Assembly: GCA_965248575.1 (NCBI GenBank)
Contig: CBDFJQ010000002.1
Span: 2,496,001-2,560,000 of the forward strand
Direction: 5' to 3'
Origin: Planctomycetota bacterium
GTDB lineage: Bacteria; Planctomycetota; B15-G4
DNA length: 64,000 nt
Shown: piece after piece, positions 20,045 to 30,094 of the stretch
Layout of the letters: each line of letters starts with the position of its first letter
Numbering within the stretch: position 1 is the stretch's first letter
Position numbers and translations under genes: made by a program
Notes under the pieces: generated by a model
What the model was told of the DNA's origin: nothing
Databases searched by the model: none
What the model saw: only the letters and a program-made list of their open reading frames with translations

Positions 20045-21816
20045 GCGCTGACCTCCAGCGCGTCGGCCAAGGTGCGCGCTTCGGCGCGGACGGCATTCAG
20101 GTCGACGGTGGCTCCGCCGAGGTAGGCAGCCTCCCAACCTGACACCACCCGCAAGAGTTCTTGCGCCAGGGCCGCATCGGAAACACGGGTGGCGGCCTCC
20201 TCAGCCGTGAGTCCGCCCGAGGGTCCGTCCAGCCGCGCTGCCAGATAGCGGGCGAAGGAGGCGCCCACCTCCGACGGACTCGACGCCTGGCTCAGCGCCT
20301 TCTCCAAGGCAGCGCGCGCACCCTTGCGCACCACCTTCTCAGGGTTGCGGCCGCGCCAGCGGCGGATGGCCACACGCAGCTCCACGAGCCCCCAAGCGAG
20401 AAGAGCCAGCGCCGGAGTGGCCCAGGCAGGCCAGGCCGGCGACTGGGGCTGCGGAAGGTCGGTGCGAATGGACTCCAGGTCGTTGAGGATCTCCTCCGGC
20501 ACGGCCAGCTCCGTGAGCCCACCGTCACCGCCGGGGGCAACCTCCAGGGGGAACGGCCCCACCCGACGCGTCTCGTAGACGCCCGTGCTCGTGTCGAAGA
20601 AACTGAACTCGATGGCGGGTATCTCGCTCACCCGCGAGTCCTTGGGCGAAATCTCGAACTCGAGCACCCGACCCAGGGTGCCCTTGGTCTCATCCTTGCC
20701 GAAGAGGCGGAAGTCGCCCAGCAGATCCGCAAACTCTGGCCATTCCAGCAGGTCGAGATTCGTCGCGGCACCGTCCTCGGAACGCAACGTCAGGCGCAAC
20801 CTGCAGCTCTCGCCCACCGCCAGCTTTGAGGGCCCCGCGGAGCCACCGAAGACGAAGCGCCCCACCGCATTGGTGAACGAATCGGGCCGCCCTTCCAAAG
20901 GCGTCGGCTTCACGAGCACGGAGGCACCGCCCGAGACGGCATCCGTGACGATCACGCGGGTCGGCACCACGGAGCTCCGATTCAGGAGCCCCGCGAAGAA
21001 CGGGTCACGTTCGCGACGGCTCTCCACCACCAGCCGGACGCTGAAGCGCGAATCACCGAGGGAGATCAAACCCGCCTGGGTCGCCAACAAGGGCACACGC
21101 GTCCGCAGCACGAGGCGCGATTCACCGTCGACGATCTCCCGTGTCTGGCACAGGGGCACCTCGGCGGCACCACCGTTCACCGGCATGGGAAAGACTGAGC
21201 GACAACTGGGGTTCGGGATGTCCCGGGGATGCAACCCCGGAACTCCTGCCAACCAAGGCAATGCCAACTCCAGCCCACCTCTGGGGATGAGCCCTTCCGC
21301 ATCGGGATGCACCGTGGCTTCGACCTCCAGCTCGAGCACCTGCCCCACCCACAACTCCTCGATGGAGGGGCGCACGTCGAGGGTCACCAGGCGGTCCTTC
21401 AGATTGCTGTCGGCGACATCCAGCTCGCGCGCATCCGTCTCCACCGATGCCCCACGGCAACTGAATAGGAAGGGCGGCAAGAGCAAGGGCCCGGGCTGCT
21501 CTGGGATCAGCTCGAAGCGCCAGGTGGTGGTGAGCGACCCACTCGTCCGCCCGTTGATGCTCACGCTGTAGTTGCGCGTGCTCGGCCCCGACAGGAAGTT
21601 CAGCCGCGCTCCAACCACCGCAGGCACATCCAACAGGTCGCAGTCGGCCCCCTCGGCACCGGACACGCTCACGAGCACCTCGATCACGAGGCCGACCTCC
21701 GGGCGCTCGGGGGTGAGCTTGACCGAGATGTCAGGCGCTGCGCCGGCAACCGGCAGCACTGCCAGGAGCAACACCAGGAAGGGAGCGATGAAGGGCAAGG
21801 CTCTGCGCATCACCAA
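20041..21816 (-). CDS. batD: BatD family protein
   Basis: SVSING, FTNAVGRF, IPAIEFSFFD motifs; C-terminal TM helix; operon context. Confidence 0.8.
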   Translation of the reverse strand: MVMRRALPFIAPFLVLLLAVLPVAGAAPDISVKLTPERPEVGLVIEVLVSVSGAEGADCDLLDVPAVVGARLNFLSGPSTRNYSVSINGRTSGSLTTTWRFELIPEQPGPLLLPPFLFSCRGASVETDARELDVADSNLKDRLVTLDVRPSIEELWVGQVLELEVEATVHPDAEGLIPRGGLELALPWLAGVPGLHPRDIPNPSCRSVFPMPVNGGAAEVPLCQTREIVDGESRLVLRTRVPLLATQAGLISLGDSRFSVRLVVESRRERDPFFAGLLNRSSVVPTRVIVTDAVSGGASVLVKPTPLEGRPDSFTNAVGRFVFGGSAGPSKLAVGESCRLRLTLRSEDGAATNLDLLEWPEFADLLGDFRLFGKDETKGTLGRVLEFEISPKDSRVSEIPAIEFSFFDTSTGVYETRRVGPFPLEVAPGGDGGLTELAVPEEILNDLESIRTDLPQPQSPAWPAWATPALALLAWGLVELRVAIRRWRGRNPEKVVRKGARAALEKALSQASSPSEVGASFARYLAARLDGPSGGLTAEEAATRVSDAALAQELLRVVSGWEAAYLGGATVDLNAVRAEARTLADALEVSA

Positions 21817-22790
21817 TCCTTCTCCAGGGCTTCACGACGTGCCGCGCGTCGGGCCCGCTGCATGGCCCGCGCCTGCTCCTCAAGCTGCTCCAGTTGTTCC
21901 AGCAGCTTGGCCATCTCTTGCGGGCTCAGCTGGGTCTGTTGCCCATCGACTGGCTGCACGTCCTGGGGCTCCGTGGGCTCCTGGGAGGCGTCCCCTTCCT
22001 CGTTGTCCGGCTGGGGCTCATTCTGCTGAGGGTCCTGCTCGCCGTCTTGCTCCTGATCCTCGCTGTCCTGGGGCTCCTCTTGCCCGTCCTCACCGGGTTC
22101 CTGCTCAGACGGGTCGCCTTCACCGTCCTCGTCCTGCTCGCCGTCCTCGGACTCCTGCTGCTCGTCACTCTCCTGGTCTTCGTTCTCCTGCTGTTCCTGC
22201 TGCCGGCGCTCCAGCTCCTCCTTCATTTCCCGCAGGTCGTCCATGCGCCGGTTCAATGCAGCGATGGACTCCCGCGCCGACGTTGCCTCGCTCGCACCCA
22301 GGTCGGAGGACTCGCGCAGCGCATCCAGGAAGCGGCCCCTGGCTCCGCCAAGCTGTTGCAGCCCGGCATCGATGGCCTCGATCAGCGGGGCGGGTTCGAC
22401 CTCGGGCGGAATGCCTGCCGGGTCGAGGGGCACACCCGACTCGGACAGCCCGCCCTCTGCCATGGCGTTCAGCGTCACACCCTGGTTGAAGAACGCCCGG
22501 AACGCCAACTCGCCGCTGGAGCCCTTGTCGTACTCGCGCAGGGCGCTGGCGTAGTCACCGCTCCGGTACTGGGCATCGGCCAGGGTGTGCGCGACGACCG
22601 GGGCTCCAGGCCACTCGACCCGCGCCCGTTGGATCAGGTCGAGCGCCAGCTCCGGGTCGCCGTCCCGCAAGGCCTGCTGGGCTCCGCGCGTGAGCTTGCG
22701 GCCCAGGGCTTCATCGGCTCGTGCCCCTGGCGTCAGCAGGAACACAGCCATCGCTGCAAGAGTTGCGCAGTACCCGACGCGGCTTCTCAT
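21810..22790 (-). CDS. BatC-like TPR protein with acidic Q/E/D-rich linker
   Basis: TPR motif, low-complexity acidic tract, terminal EKDW. Confidence 0.75.
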   Translation of the reverse strand: MRSRVGYCATLAAMAVFLLTPGARADEALGRKLTRGAQQALRDGDPELALDLIQRARVEWPGAPVVAHTLADAQYRSGDYASALREYDKGSSGELAFRAFFNQGVTLNAMAEGGLSESGVPLDPAGIPPEVEPAPLIEAIDAGLQQLGGARGRFLDALRESSDLGASEATSARESIAALNRRMDDLREMKEELERRQQEQQENEDQESDEQQESEDGEQDEDGEGDPSEQEPGEDGQEEPQDSEDQEQDGEQDPQQNEPQPDNEEGDASQEPTEPQDVQPVDGQQTQLSPQEMAKLLEQLEQLEEQARAMQRARRAARREALEKDW

Positions 22791-23791
22791 GAGGGCCTCC
22801 GGTCGTGCATGACGCTGCGCACTCCCAGGCACAACAAGGCCGCCACCAGCGCCCACTGGAATCGATCGATGCCTTCTTCCCGCGTTGCGCTCCCGCGAGT
22901 CACGCCTTCCATCACGGCGATGCGCTTCGCGTACAGCTCATCCAATGGAAAGGGCGTGCGCTCGGCCGAGAGGAAGGCGCCGTCCGCGATACCGGCGATG
23001 GTCTCCAGCAGATCGAAGTCGGGGCGGCTCAAGACAGGCTCGCCTGCATTGTCCCGCAACACGTTCTGTCGCCCGCGGGAATCCATGACGGAGAGCACGC
23101 TGCCCTCCTCCGTCCCCAGGGCGACGACATGGATGGGGATGCCCCGGGCACGGGCCTCGTAGGCGATCTCCCCTGGCGGAGGGTCGCTGGCATGGTCCTC
23201 ACCATCGGTCAGCAAGACGATCACCGCTTCCGCCGGGTACTCCTCGTCGAAGGAGTCCAGAGCCAGCTCGAGCCCTTCGCCCACAGCCGTTCCGCCGAGG
23301 CCGTTGGACAAGGTGTCAACGTCGTCCAGGAAGAGACGGAAGGTGGTGGCGTCGTGGGTCAAGGGGCAGATGCGTCGCGCATCGCCTGCAAAGGTCACCA
23401 GGCCCACCCGGTCCCCCACCATGTTCTCGAGCAGCCCGCGAACCTCGCGCTTGGCCCGCTCCAGCCGCGAAGGCGCCAGGTCTTCCGCAAGCATGCTGCG
23501 ACTCGTGTCGAGCACCACCATCACATCCACGCCCCGGCGTTGAACCTCACGCAGGGACGTCCCCACCAGCGGGCCGGAAAGCGCAACCACCATCAGGGAG
23601 AGTGCCAGGGCGGCCAGCCCGTCTCGCACGACACGACGCGGTGCAGAGAAACCCGGGGCCAAGGCATCAGCCATGGAACCCAGCAGTTGCTCCCGACGCC
23701 GGCGCGCCGTCGCCAGCTGCAACAGCCCCCAACCCACGATGGGCAGGGCGGCCAGCAACCACACGAGCGACGACGGGTCCTTGAAGCTCAC
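22787..23791 (-). CDS. batB: VWA domain protein (BatB-like)
   Basis: LDTSRSMLAED..PSRL, LTDGEDH; GTG start overlapping the batA stop. Confidence 0.82.
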   Translation of the reverse strand: MSFKDPSSLVWLLAALPIVGWGLLQLATARRRREQLLGSMADALAPGFSAPRRVVRDGLAALALSLMVVALSGPLVGTSLREVQRRGVDVMVVLDTSRSMLAEDLAPSRLERAKREVRGLLENMVGDRVGLVTFAGDARRICPLTHDATTFRLFLDDVDTLSNGLGGTAVGEGLELALDSFDEEYPAEAVIVLLTDGEDHASDPPPGEIAYEARARGIPIHVVALGTEEGSVLSVMDSRGRQNVLRDNAGEPVLSRPDFDLLETIAGIADGAFLSAERTPFPLDELYAKRIAVMEGVTRGSATREEGIDRFQWALVAALLCLGVRSVMHDRRPS

Positions 23792-24756
23792 GCCGCCAAC
23801 TCCATGTAGGGGCCGCGCCGCAGAAAAGCCTCCAACAACAACAAGCCCGCAGCGGGCAGGATCAACATGTGATAGAGATCGTCGTAGTCGGTGTATCGGA
23901 CATCTTCGCGTTCCGTGCGTTCGAGCTTGTCGATTGCCTCGTAGACCCCCTCCAAGGCGCCGGCGTCCTTGGCACGGAAGAAACGCCCGCCCGTCGTAGC
24001 CGCGATGGATTCGAGCAACTCGGTCCGCAGGGCAACGTCCATCGTGCGATTGAAGAGGTCCCGCCGCAGCCGCGTACCCGCAGCCACCGTGTAGACCTTG
24101 ATGCCGAGGTCCTTGCACAAGGCCGCCGCTTCGTTCGGATCGATGTGCGTCAGGTTCTCTTCACCATCGGTGAGCAGGATGATCACTTTGCTCTCGGCAT
24201 CGCTCCCCATGAGCTTGCGGGCTGCGTTGCCCAAGGCGCTGCCAATGGCGGTGCCGTCCTCGGGCCCATTGGACTGGACACACTTCACGTCGCGCAGGTG
24301 CTGGATGATCGCTGACTGATCCAGGGTCAACGGGCACTCCGTACGGGGCAGGGCGGCAAAACTCATCAAGCCAATGCGGTCATCCTCGCGCGTGGCGACG
24401 AACCGGATGATCACATCCTTCACGACCTCGAGGTTCGTGACGTTGTTCTGCAGGCCCGGTTCCAGCATCGATGAAGAGGTGTCGACAACGAGCAGGATGT
24501 CGATGCCCTGGGTCACCACACGGGCCTCCTCACGGCCCCGCAAGGGGCGGGCGGCCGCCACGATGAGCAGCGCCGCTGCGAGCGTCAGCGCCACCCCGGG
24601 CAACCAGGTGGTTCGCGACCTGAAGCTGCGCGGCAAGCCCCCAAGCACGAACTCACTGCCCCCGTCGACGGCGCCCCGAGCGGCCTTGCGGCGCCCCATG
24701 GCCAGCAGCGCGAGGGGCAGCAGCAGCACCAGGAACCAGGGGTCGCCGAAGGTCAT
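23788..24756 (-). CDS. batA: VWA domain protein BatA
   Basis: MTFGDPWFL, DTSSSM MIDAS motif, DGTAIGSAL, LLTDGE, TGGRFFRA. Confidence 0.85.
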   Translation of the reverse strand: MTFGDPWFLVLLLPLALLAMGRRKAARGAVDGGSEFVLGGLPRSFRSRTTWLPGVALTLAAALLIVAAARPLRGREEARVVTQGIDILLVVDTSSSMLEPGLQNNVTNLEVVKDVIIRFVATREDDRIGLMSFAALPRTECPLTLDQSAIIQHLRDVKCVQSNGPEDGTAIGSALGNAARKLMGSDAESKVIILLTDGEENLTHIDPNEAAALCKDLGIKVYTVAAGTRLRRDLFNRTMDVALRTELLESIAATTGGRFFRAKDAGALEGVYEAIDKLERTEREDVRYTDYDDLYHMLILPAAGLLLLEAFLRRGPYMELAA

Positions 24757-25718
24757 GAGGGAACCCCCTCTTCTTCCGCGGCACGCGTCTGTTCGACGAA
24801 GTCCTCAACCGTTTCGAGCAGCGGTTCCGCCGTCGCCGGCGCGGGGCGATCGCCCGCATACTTCACGAGGTCACAGCGCTGGAGGAACCCCGCGAGATGC
24901 TCTCGCCGCGTGCTCAAGGCGTCGTGCCCCTGGGTGACCTGGGACAGGAACTCCTCGGTCGTCAAGGCTGGCGCATGCAGTTGGAACATGCTCTCGATAT
25001 AGACCCGCAACACATCACTGACACGGATCACGAAGGGCCGGATCTCTTCGCGGGTGCGGGGAAGGGCCGAACGCAACGCTGCCAGGGCGTCCATGGCCAC
25101 ACGATCCGCTGGCGGCACGTACACGAAAACCGGCACCTCACGACCGTCCCGGACCACGAGCCAACCCAACAGCAGCAGCCCCGCCAGGATGGGCCCCAAG
25201 AAGGGCCAGATGGGAGCAGGGGGCTTGGGAATCAACACCGCCTGAAGCAGATCGGAGACTTGCGCCCGAGACCCATCGGGCAGGTCGAGCACGACCTGCA
25301 GCCGGACCGGCTCCAAGGTCAGGGTTTCCCCGGCAGCCGTCACCACCGCCAGCTGCAAGCTGTACTCGCCCGCGCGGGCGATGCAGACAGGCCGGCGGAT
25401 CTCCACGCGACCGTCGGCCAGATCGACCCGATCCATGGGCCCGGTCAACACATCGTCAGGGTGCTGCTCCGTGTCGAGACGCAGGGTCTGGACATCCGGC
25501 CCGCGCACCACGAGATCAAACCAGCTGCCGAGCCACTGCGGCCCCTGCGGGTACTCGACGGTGACCTGGTCGGCGGACGCACTTGCCGCTGCAGGCGCTG
25601 GCGCTGCAACCTCGTCCTGAGCAGGCCTCGCTGCGCGCGCCCCTGGGGTCACGACGCAGACCGCGAGCACTACCAGAGCAAGCACGACAGCAGGGATGTG
25701 CGGGGCGCGGCGAGTCAT
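24753..25718 (-). CDS. Conserved membrane protein of moxR/bat operons
   Basis: Signal peptide, TM helix, LRVYIE..TTEEFL..CDLVKYA. Confidence 0.75.
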   Translation of the reverse strand: MTRRAPHIPAVVLALVVLAVCVVTPGARAARPAQDEVAAPAPAAASASADQVTVEYPQGPQWLGSWFDLVVRGPDVQTLRLDTEQHPDDVLTGPMDRVDLADGRVEIRRPVCIARAGEYSLQLAVVTAAGETLTLEPVRLQVVLDLPDGSRAQVSDLLQAVLIPKPPAPIWPFLGPILAGLLLLGWLVVRDGREVPVFVYVPPADRVAMDALAALRSALPRTREEIRPFVIRVSDVLRVYIESMFQLHAPALTTEEFLSQVTQGHDALSTRREHLAGFLQRCDLVKYAGDRPAPATAEPLLETVEDFVEQTRAAEEEGVPS

Positions 25719-26641
25719 CGGCGACGGCGCTCCCGCATCTTCAGATAGGCCACCAAGGGGTCGACGACAGAGTCGCCCACGGGGATGTCCACAAGGTCCA
25801 CGCGGTGGCTCCCAAGCTGGGCACGGAGAGACTCCGTGCGATCTTCAGCGCGGGTCCGCATGGCCTTTCGCACGGCAGCCGAGCTGCTGTCCACCAACAG
25901 TTCGCGCCCGGTCTCCGGGTCACGCCAGCGGATCAGACCGACCTTCGGCAGCTCGTGATGCAGGCGATCCACCAGGCGCAGCGCCACCACATCGTGACGG
26001 CGCGCCAGCACACCCAACGAGCGGTCGAAGCCGTCGTCCAGGAAGTCCGAGAGCAGGAAGATGTAGCTGCGCCGCTTGAGGATGTGTGCGAGGTGGTCAC
26101 ATGCAATGGCGATGTCCGTGCCAGCATCCTCGGTGTCCCGATAGAGAGCCTCACGAATGATGCGGAAGGCCTGTCGGTTGCCGCTGCGGGGCGGCAGCTC
26201 CAACTCGACCTCGTCCGTGAACCCGAGATAACCGGCACGGTCCCCCGACTGCGTAGCACTGAACGCGAGCACAGCCGCCAGCTCGGCAGCGGATTGGCGC
26301 ACATTGCGTCGCGCTGCCCGTCGGCCAGCACCGGAGGGGGACGAACCGAGCCGTGTCGACGCCGAGAGGTCGTGCGCCAGGACCACGGTCTGCTCCCGTT
26401 CCTCGACGAATTTCTTGATGTATGGCCGCCCCGTCCGCGCCGTTACGTTCCAATCGATGGTTCGCACGTCGTCGCCGGGGACGTACTCGCGAACCTCCTC
26501 GAACTCCATGCCGCTCCCGCGAAACACCGAAGCGAAGCCGCCAGCGACCATGTCCGTCACCGCCTTGCGCGTGCGCAACTGCACGCGCTTGACGGCGCCG
26601 AGGATCTCAGCGGTGTCGATGTCGCTGGTCGTGTCGCTCAC
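25715..26641 (-). CDS. DUF58 family protein
   Basis: FRGSGMEFEEVREYVPGDDVRTIDWNVTAR, LSDFL. Confidence 0.93.
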   Translation of the reverse strand: MSDTTSDIDTAEILGAVKRVQLRTRKAVTDMVAGGFASVFRGSGMEFEEVREYVPGDDVRTIDWNVTARTGRPYIKKFVEEREQTVVLAHDLSASTRLGSSPSGAGRRAARRNVRQSAAELAAVLAFSATQSGDRAGYLGFTDEVELELPPRSGNRQAFRIIREALYRDTEDAGTDIAIACDHLAHILKRRSYIFLLSDFLDDGFDRSLGVLARRHDVVALRLVDRLHHELPKVGLIRWRDPETGRELLVDSSSAAVRKAMRTRAEDRTESLRAQLGSHRVDLVDIPVGDSVVDPLVAYLKMRERRRR

Positions 26642-26734
26642 CTGGGGAACTCCGAGGCTCTCGCGGGTCGTAAAAGCCGAGGCCGGTCAGACGGGCCGCA
26701 TCCGCGCCCCGAGACCGAGCCCGGCGCCAAGGCC

Positions 26735-27724
26735 CTAGGGCACGTTGATCTTGTCGAGGATGCGCGTGATGACCTGCTCCACAGGGATCTCCCGCGCCTC
26801 CGCTTCATAGCTGAGCAGGACGCGGTGCCGCAGCACGTCGTGGGCCACGGACTTGATGTCGTGCCCCTTCACGTAGGCACGGCCATCCAGGAAGGCGTGC
26901 GCCCGCCCGGCGAGGCCCAGGGAGATGGACGCGCGGGGGCTGGCACCCGTGTCAATCAGGGGAGCCAGATCCTCCAGCCCCACAGCAGCAGGGTCACGGG
27001 TAGCGCGCACCACGTCCACGATGTACGCCGTAACGAGCTCGTCAATGTAGACCTCGTCGAGCATGCCCATGGCGCGCTGCAACTGCTCGCGGCTCGTCAC
27101 CTGGCGCACCTCGGTGCGCGGCCGCGGACGAGCCATCTGTTCCACGATGCGCTGCTCGTTCTCCTTGCTCGGGTAGTCCACGTGCACCTTGAAGATGAAG
27201 CGGTCCAACTGCGCTTCCGGCAAGGGGTAGGTCCCCTGCTGCTCCAAGGGGTTCTGGGTCGCCATCACGAAGAAGGGCTTGGGCAGGTCAAATGTCTGGT
27301 CACCGATGGTCACCTGCCGTTCCTGCATGGCTTCCAGCAGCGCCGCCTGCACCTTGGCGGGGGCACGGTTGATCTCGTCGGCCAACACCAGGCCTGCGAA
27401 GATCGGTCCCTGGCGCACGCTGAAGGTGCCCTCCGCTGGGTTGTAGATCTGGGTGCCCGTCACGTCGGAAGGCAGCAGGTCGGGCGTGAACTGGATGCGG
27501 TGATAGGACAGATCCAGGGCTTGGGACAGGGTGCGCACGAGCATGGTCTTGGCCAGCCCCGGTACGCCCTCCAGCAACACATGGCCGTCCGCCAACATGG
27601 CGATCACCAGGCGCTCCACGAGGGGCCGTTGGCCCACCACCACCCGCTCCACCTCGTCCATGAGGTCGATCAGGAAGCGGGCCTCTTCCTTGATGCGCTC
27701 ACCGCGCTCCAGGATGTCTGACAA
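26735..27724 (-). CDS. moxR: MoxR family AAA+ ATPase
   Basis: GHVLLEGVPGLAKT, RIQFTPDLLPSD, DEINRAPAKVQAALLEAMQE; TTG start after a GAGGAG RBS. Confidence 0.95.
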   Translation of the reverse strand: MSDILERGERIKEEARFLIDLMDEVERVVVGQRPLVERLVIAMLADGHVLLEGVPGLAKTMLVRTLSQALDLSYHRIQFTPDLLPSDVTGTQIYNPAEGTFSVRQGPIFAGLVLADEINRAPAKVQAALLEAMQERQVTIGDQTFDLPKPFFVMATQNPLEQQGTYPLPEAQLDRFIFKVHVDYPSKENEQRIVEQMARPRPRTEVRQVTSREQLQRAMGMLDEVYIDELVTAYIVDVVRATRDPAAVGLEDLAPLIDTGASPRASISLGLAGRAHAFLDGRAYVKGHDIKSVAHDVLRHRVLLSYEAEAREIPVEQVITRILDKINVP

Positions 27725-27995
27725 GAGTCTCTCCTCGACAAGGTCACGATCAGGTGCTGGGTGGAGCCCCATGCCACAGGGCGCTGTCTCGGCCGGGTGG
27801 GATGGGCCGCCCCCGAGACCTCGACGCGCCGCGCCCCCCACACTCGACGGCAGGACTGCCGAAAGCAGGAAACGGGACGCCTTTCGGCCCCAGAGGGCGC
27901 GATGGGCCCGCTCTTTGGAGCCCCACCGGCCGGTCGGGAACTATACCGATCCCACCCCCGGGATTGTTTGGATGGAGTGTGGCGGGACAGCGCCC

Positions 27996-30083
27996 TCAGC
28001 CACCTGCCAGCAGATTCTCCACCACCAACTTGGTGGATGGGAACGCCCGCTCCCGAAGCTTGGCAACGCTAGGCCCTGAACGACCTTTCGCTGCCTCCAA
28101 CGCCAAGGGCCGCGCCCGAGCCAGGAGCTCCACGTCCGAGACCGGGTCCAGGACGAGGAAGCCGGGCATGCCGCTTTGCCGGGTGCCGAGCATTTCGCCC
28201 GGCCCACGCAAGCGCAGGTCCTCCTCGGCCAGCAGGAAGCCGTCGTCCGTGGAGCACAGGGCGTCGACGCGCTCCCGGGACTTGCCCGCCGCGGGCACCG
28301 GCCCCAGCAGCAGGCAACGCCCGGGGCGCTGGCCACGCCCCACCCGACCCCGGATCTGGTGCAAGGTCGCCAGGCCGAAGCGCTTGGGGTCCGGAATCAC
28401 CACGAAGGTCGCCGCCGGGACATCCAGCCCCACCTCCACGATGACGGTCGCCACGAGCACCGACAGCTTCCCGGCCCGAAATGCGTCGAGGATCTCGTCC
28501 CGTTCCTCTGGCTTCATACGCCCATGCACCGAACCCACCCGCACCCTCGGCCCCAGCTGATGCTTCACGACCTCCAGTGTGGCCTCCACCGAATGGCTCT
28601 CCTCTTCAGTGGAGGCGATGGACGGGCAGACCACATATCCTTGGGCCCCGCTCTGCACGTCGGCCCGCAGGGAACGCCACATGGCGTCCTGCTTGGCCAA
28701 GGGAACGTAGCGCGTCTCGCGCGGGGAACGCCCCGGCGGCAGCTCATCGAGAATGCTGACGTCGAGTTCGCCGTAGGCAGTCAGCGACAAGGTGCGGGGA
28801 ATGGGCGTGGCCGTCATCACCAACAGGTGCGTCTCTTCGCCCTTGCTGCGAAAGCGCACGCGTTGCCGGACTCCGAAGCGATGCTGCTCGTCCACCACCG
28901 TCACCGCCAGATCTGCGAACTCCAGGCGCTTGCCCTGCAGCGCATGAGTGCCCACGACGAGCGAGGCCGAACCCGTTGCCACCGCCTCGCGCGCCGCCCG
29001 ACGTTCGGCGGCAGTACCGCGCCCGCTCACGAAGGCCACCTTCGGCCCACGCCCGCGGGGCCAGCCCGCAGCGATCAGATCCTCCAAGGCCTGCACGTGC
29101 TGCCGGGCGAGTACTTCCGTGGGCGCCATGATGGCCCCCTGACGTTTGGAGGCCACCGCCGCCAACAACGCGTAGAAGGCCACCATCGTCTTGCCAGAGC
29201 CCACATCCCCCTGGAGCAGGCGACCCATGGGTCGCCGTTCTTCAGCGAGGTCGACGCGCAACTGCTCGAACACCCTGCTCTGGGCGCCCGTCGGTTCGTG
29301 CGGCAACTTGGCCAACACCTTGCGATGCAGCGCATCGCTGACACGAACGGCCGGGGAGCGCTGAGCCTGCAGTGCCGCGCGTCGCGCCCCCACCTCGAGC
29401 GAGAGCGCCCAGGCCTCATCGAAGGCCAGGCGCCGCCGCGCCACCCTGGCCTGATCCAGATCCTGGGCCAGGTGGATGTCCCGGAAGGCCGCCGCCAACT
29501 CCGGCTCGCCAGGCTCGAGAGCCCGCCATTCCTCCGGGGGCGACTCCTCCAGGATGGCCGCCAGCACCTTTCGATGGGTGCGAGGGGGGACGCCTCGCGG
29601 CAGGCGGTAGATGGGCAGGCAGCTGCTTCGGGGGCCCTCAGCCTCGTCGGGGAGCCGCTCGAAATCCGCCGCGACCAGACGCGGGATGGCATCCGGGCCC
29701 TCGGCGACCTCGGCCTTTCCCGCGGCCCAAAGGCGTTGTTTTCCGAGGCTCTTGGCCAGATAGGCGCGGTTGAAGAGCAGCACGAGGGCTTCGTCGCCGG
29801 CAGCATCCCGGACCCTCAGGCTGACGGTGCTGTGCCGCCCCCGCCGCCGCACCGACGAGCGCAGGACCTCCCCCACCAGGGCACCCCGCTGGCCGTCGAC
29901 CAGGGCCGAGACGGGCCCGGCCTCGGGCCTCAGGCGGTAGCGCTGAGGCAGGTGGTACAGCAATTCCCGCCGGGTCAGGAAGCCCGCGGCAGCATAGGAC
30001 GCCGCCCGCGCCGGCCCGACGCCGGGCAGGCCCAAAGGAGATCGATCGAGGAGCCGTTGGGGTGGAGCGGTGTTTCGCGTCAC
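27996..30083 (-). CDS. recG: ATP-dependent DNA helicase RecG
   Basis: RLLQGDVGSGKT, DEQHRFGVRQR, MTATPIPRTL, QIRGRVGRG, DLRLRGPGE. Confidence 0.95.
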   Translation of the reverse strand: MTRNTAPPQRLLDRSPLGLPGVGPARAASYAAAGFLTRRELLYHLPQRYRLRPEAGPVSALVDGQRGALVGEVLRSSVRRRGRHSTVSLRVRDAAGDEALVLLFNRAYLAKSLGKQRLWAAGKAEVAEGPDAIPRLVAADFERLPDEAEGPRSSCLPIYRLPRGVPPRTHRKVLAAILEESPPEEWRALEPGEPELAAAFRDIHLAQDLDQARVARRRLAFDEAWALSLEVGARRAALQAQRSPAVRVSDALHRKVLAKLPHEPTGAQSRVFEQLRVDLAEERRPMGRLLQGDVGSGKTMVAFYALLAAVASKRQGAIMAPTEVLARQHVQALEDLIAAGWPRGRGPKVAFVSGRGTAAERRAAREAVATGSASLVVGTHALQGKRLEFADLAVTVVDEQHRFGVRQRVRFRSKGEETHLLVMTATPIPRTLSLTAYGELDVSILDELPPGRSPRETRYVPLAKQDAMWRSLRADVQSGAQGYVVCPSIASTEEESHSVEATLEVVKHQLGPRVRVGSVHGRMKPEERDEILDAFRAGKLSVLVATVIVEVGLDVPAATFVVIPDPKRFGLATLHQIRGRVGRGQRPGRCLLLGPVPAAGKSRERVDALCSTDDGFLLAEEDLRLRGPGEMLGTRQSGMPGFLVLDPVSDVELLARARPLALEAAKGRSGPSVAKLRERAFPSTKLVVENLLAGG

Positions 30084-30094
30084 AATGGGAGCCG

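Noticed and set aside
25583..27721. 712-aa plus-strand ORF and similar long antisense ORFs (28176-30098, 44017-45663, 47382-48893, 12821-14242)
   Set aside because: Shadow ORFs opposite well-supported genes, expected in high-GC DNA
19226..27724. moxR-DUF58-batABCDE cluster as a novel system
   Set aside because: Well-known conserved operon type; nothing atypical seen
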